Part shown: positions 61,933 through 64,000 of the stretch, in pieces | How positions within the stretch are numbered: the first letter of the stretch is position 1 | Layout: each line of letters opens with the position of its first letter | Assembly (NCBI GenBank): GCA_028286605.1 | Contig: JAQBRE010000002.1 | Span: 326,011 to 390,010 of the forward strand | DNA length: 64,000 nt | Origin: Parcubacteria group bacterium | GTDB lineage: Bacteria > Patescibacteriota > Minisyncoccia > Phycocordibacterales > Phycocordibacteraceae | Direction of reading: 5' to 3' | The notes under the pieces: generated by a model | Databases searched by the model: none | Seen by the model: the letters and a program-made list of their open reading frames with translations, nothing else | What the model was told of the DNA's origin: nothing | Made by a program: the position numbers and the translations under genes

Positions 61933-64000
61933 ATGGCACGCAAGAAAGAAGAACCATTGGCAGAGGGCGTCACGCCCCGCGTCAACATAATCGATCAGTC
62001 CATCACGACGGAAATGCGCCAGTCGTATATCGACTACGCGATGACCGTTATCACGAGCCGCGCATTGCCGGACGTACGTGACGGCCTGAAGCCGGTGCAT
62101 CGCCGCATCCTGTACGCGATGCGTCAGACCGGACTAACGCCGACGGCGAAGTTCCGCAAGAGCGCGACGGTAGTGGGAGAGGTGCTCGGTTCGTATCACC
62201 CGCACGGTGATGCTTCGGTGTACGACGCGATGGTGAAGCTCGTGCAGGATTTTACAACGCGCTATCCGCTCGTTGCCGGTCAAGGAAACTTCGGTTCTAT
62301 CGATGGGGATCCGCCTGCAGCGTATCGTTATACGGAAGCGAAGATGGCACGCCTCGCGGACGAGATGCTGCGTGACCTTGAAAAGGAAACGGTGGAATGG
62401 GCACCGAACTTCGACGGCTCGAAGCAGGAGCCGACGGTGCTGCCTGCGGCAGCCCCGAACCTCCTCCTTAACGGCGCGCTCGGTATCGCCGTCGGTATGG
62501 CGACGAACATTCCTCCGCACAACCTGCGCGAACTCATCGCTGCGACCACGCACCTCATAGATAATCCAGAAGCAACCACTGACGACCTTCTTCAGTTCGT
62601 GAAAGGTCCGGATTTCCCGATGGGCGCTATCGCCTTCAATCAGAAAGATATTCATCAGGCATACACCACCGGCCGTGGCGGCGTCGTCGTGCGTGGTGAA
62701 GCAGACATCGTAGAAGACAAGCGCGGCACGAGCATCATCATCACCTCAATTCCATATCGCGTTAATAAGGCAGACCTCATTACGCGTATCGCAGACCTCG
62801 TGCGTGATAAGAAGCTCGAAGGCATACGCGACCTTCGTGATGAATCTGCAGGGGATGATCATGGCCGCCCTGATATCCGTGTCGTCGTCGAACTGAAGGG
62901 TACGGCGCACCCGCAGGCTGTTTTGAATAATCTCTATAAGCACACCGAGCTCGAGAGCGCCTTCCACTACAACATGCTCGCGCTCGTTGATGGCGTGCCG
63001 CAGACGCTCTCACTCCTCGGGTTCCTCGAGAACTTCGTCGCGCATCGCCGCATCGTGGTGAAGCGTCGTACGGAATACGAGCTGCGCAAAGCGCAGGAAC
63101 GCGAGCACATCTTGCTCGGCCTTTCGATAGCGCTCGATCATATCGACGAAGTCATCAAGATCATTCGCGCATCGAAGGATGTGCCGACGGCGAGCGAGGC
63201 GCTCCAGAAGCGTTTCAAGTTCACTCCTATACAGACTGCAGCTATCCTCGCGATGCGCCTGCAGACGCTTGCCGGCCTCGAGCGCAAGAAGATCGAAGAC
63301 GAGCTCGCCGTCATACAGGCTGAGATAAAGCGTCTTCAGAAGATTCTTGCCACCGACAAGAACATCCTTTCCGTCGTACGCGAAGAACTCGTCATCATCG
63401 GCGAGAAGTTCGGTGATGATCGCCGTACGAAAATAGTGAAGGGCGGCGTGAAGAATATTTCCGTAGAAGACCTCGTGCCGGATGAGGAGTCCGTACTCGT
63501 ACTTACCGCAGGCGGCTACGTGAAGCGTACGAACCCTGATGAATACAAGATCCAGAAGCGCGGAGGCATCGGCGTCGTCGATATCGCGACCAAGGAAGAA
63601 GATGTGGTAACGCACCTTATCGGCACGTCTGCGCATAGCGAGCTCTTGTTCTTCACGGACTTCGGAAAGGCATATCAGATGAAGATGTATGAGATTCCGG
63701 AAGGACGACGCGCAACCAAGGGTAAGTCCATCATGAACTTCCTGCAGCTCGCTGCAGACGAGAAGGTGACCAGTGTTTTGCCTGTTCCTAAGGGAGCGGC
63801 TCGCGATGCGCTCGCCATATTCTTCGTTACTGCCGAAGGCGTCGTTAAGAAAGTGGAATCGAAGAACTTCGCGGATGTACGCCGTTCCGGCATCATCGCT
63901 ATCGCGCTTAAGGGCGGCGACAAGCTTATATCTGCAGAACTCTGCGCGAGCGAAGACAGTATTTCTATCGTTACGGCGCAGGGCCAGTCCATTCGTTTCA
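61933..64000 (+). CDS. gyrA: DNA gyrase subunit A (3' partial, runs off the window end)
   Basis: Translation MARKKEEPL...ITSRALPDVRDGLKPVHRRILYAM, AYRYTEAKMARLADEML (active-site Tyr region), and GyrA-box-like downstream motifs. No stop before nt 64000. Not in the ORF track because it is open-ended. Confidence 0.95.
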   Translation, partial: MARKKEEPLAEGVTPRVNIIDQSITTEMRQSYIDYAMTVITSRALPDVRDGLKPVHRRILYAMRQTGLTPTAKFRKSATVVGEVLGSYHPHGDASVYDAMVKLVQDFTTRYPLVAGQGNFGSIDGDPPAAYRYTEAKMARLADEMLRDLEKETVEWAPNFDGSKQEPTVLPAAAPNLLLNGALGIAVGMATNIPPHNLRELIAATTHLIDNPEATTDDLLQFVKGPDFPMGAIAFNQKDIHQAYTTGRGGVVVRGEADIVEDKRGTSIIITSIPYRVNKADLITRIADLVRDKKLEGIRDLRDESAGDDHGRPDIRVVVELKGTAHPQAVLNNLYKHTELESAFHYNMLALVDGVPQTLSLLGFLENFVAHRRIVVKRRTEYELRKAQEREHILLGLSIALDHIDEVIKIIRASKDVPTASEALQKRFKFTPIQTAAILAMRLQTLAGLERKKIEDELAVIQAEIKRLQKILATDKNILSVVREELVIIGEKFGDDRRTKIVKGGVKNISVEDLVPDEESVLVLTAGGYVKRTNPDEYKIQKRGGIGVVDIATKEEDVVTHLIGTSAHSELLFFTDFGKAYQMKMYEIPEGRRATKGKSIMNFLQLAADEKVTSVLPVPKGAARDALAIFFVTAEGVVKKVESKNFADVRRSGIIAIALKGGDKLISAELCASEDSISIVTAQGQSIRF

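Overview
This 64 kb window is a bacterial chromosomal segment of roughly 55-58% GC, densely packed with housekeeping genes on both strands. The organism looks reduced-genome: ValS is short, RpsA has 4 S1 domains, all 6 tRNAs lack an encoded CCA, and there are many tiny hypotheticals. I cannot assign a lineage from sequence alone.

Recognisable genes:
- Chaperones and proteases: groES-groEL, lemA-htpX, hsp20-prsW.
- Redox and repair: msrA-msrB, a VKOR-like protein, a DsbA-like protein, bcp, a glutaredoxin, trxB; nth plus a mutY-like glycosylase, ogt, nfi.
- Nucleotide metabolism and translation: nrdAB, lepA, valS, a hisS-like gene, pth, rpsA, rpsU, ybeY, tsaD.
- Cell division and envelope: ftsA, ftsZ, murJ, lepB, secG, a Wzy-like/TPR membrane protein.
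- Others: RNase J, and gyrA (3' partial at the window end).

RNA genes: RNase P RNA (missed by the ORF track; two ORF-track entries overlap it) and 6 tRNAs: Ser-GGA, Arg-CCT, Phe-GAA, Val-GAC, Glu-UUC, Ser-CGA.

The most unusual signals:
1. A ~95 nt element in two copies (37923..38016 and 49740..49835). It has a conserved 56 nt core, outer 19-20 bp stems that differ completely between copies yet stay perfectly complementary, and three compensatory base-pair changes in inner hairpins. I read it as a candidate novel structured RNA or palindromic element family.
2. A near-identical 30-40 bp perfect palindrome (AAATAATGACCAGA-nn-TCTGGTCATTATTT) upstream of groESL and again upstream of a small membrane-protein gene. 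There is no CIRCE or HAIR element, so this is a candidate new stress operator.
3. Four low-GC single-gene cassettes inserted between conserved housekeeping neighbours. Two of them carry orphan MazF/PemK-like paralogs (one splits ftsA from ftsZ) and share a promoter-proximal motif.
4. Two paralogous single-pass membrane proteins with a shared ~45 aa cytoplasmic N-domain and extracellular right-handed beta-helix domains, each inside a tRNA-bounded segment.
5. A bacterial eqolisin (G1 glutamic peptidase) homolog.
6. A locus of two strongly Shine-Dalgarno-led small ORFs (47 and 56 aa) with their own promoters, terminators and structured UTRs.

All calls rest on motif-level reading of the translations and manual inspection of the DNA. 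No database search was possible.
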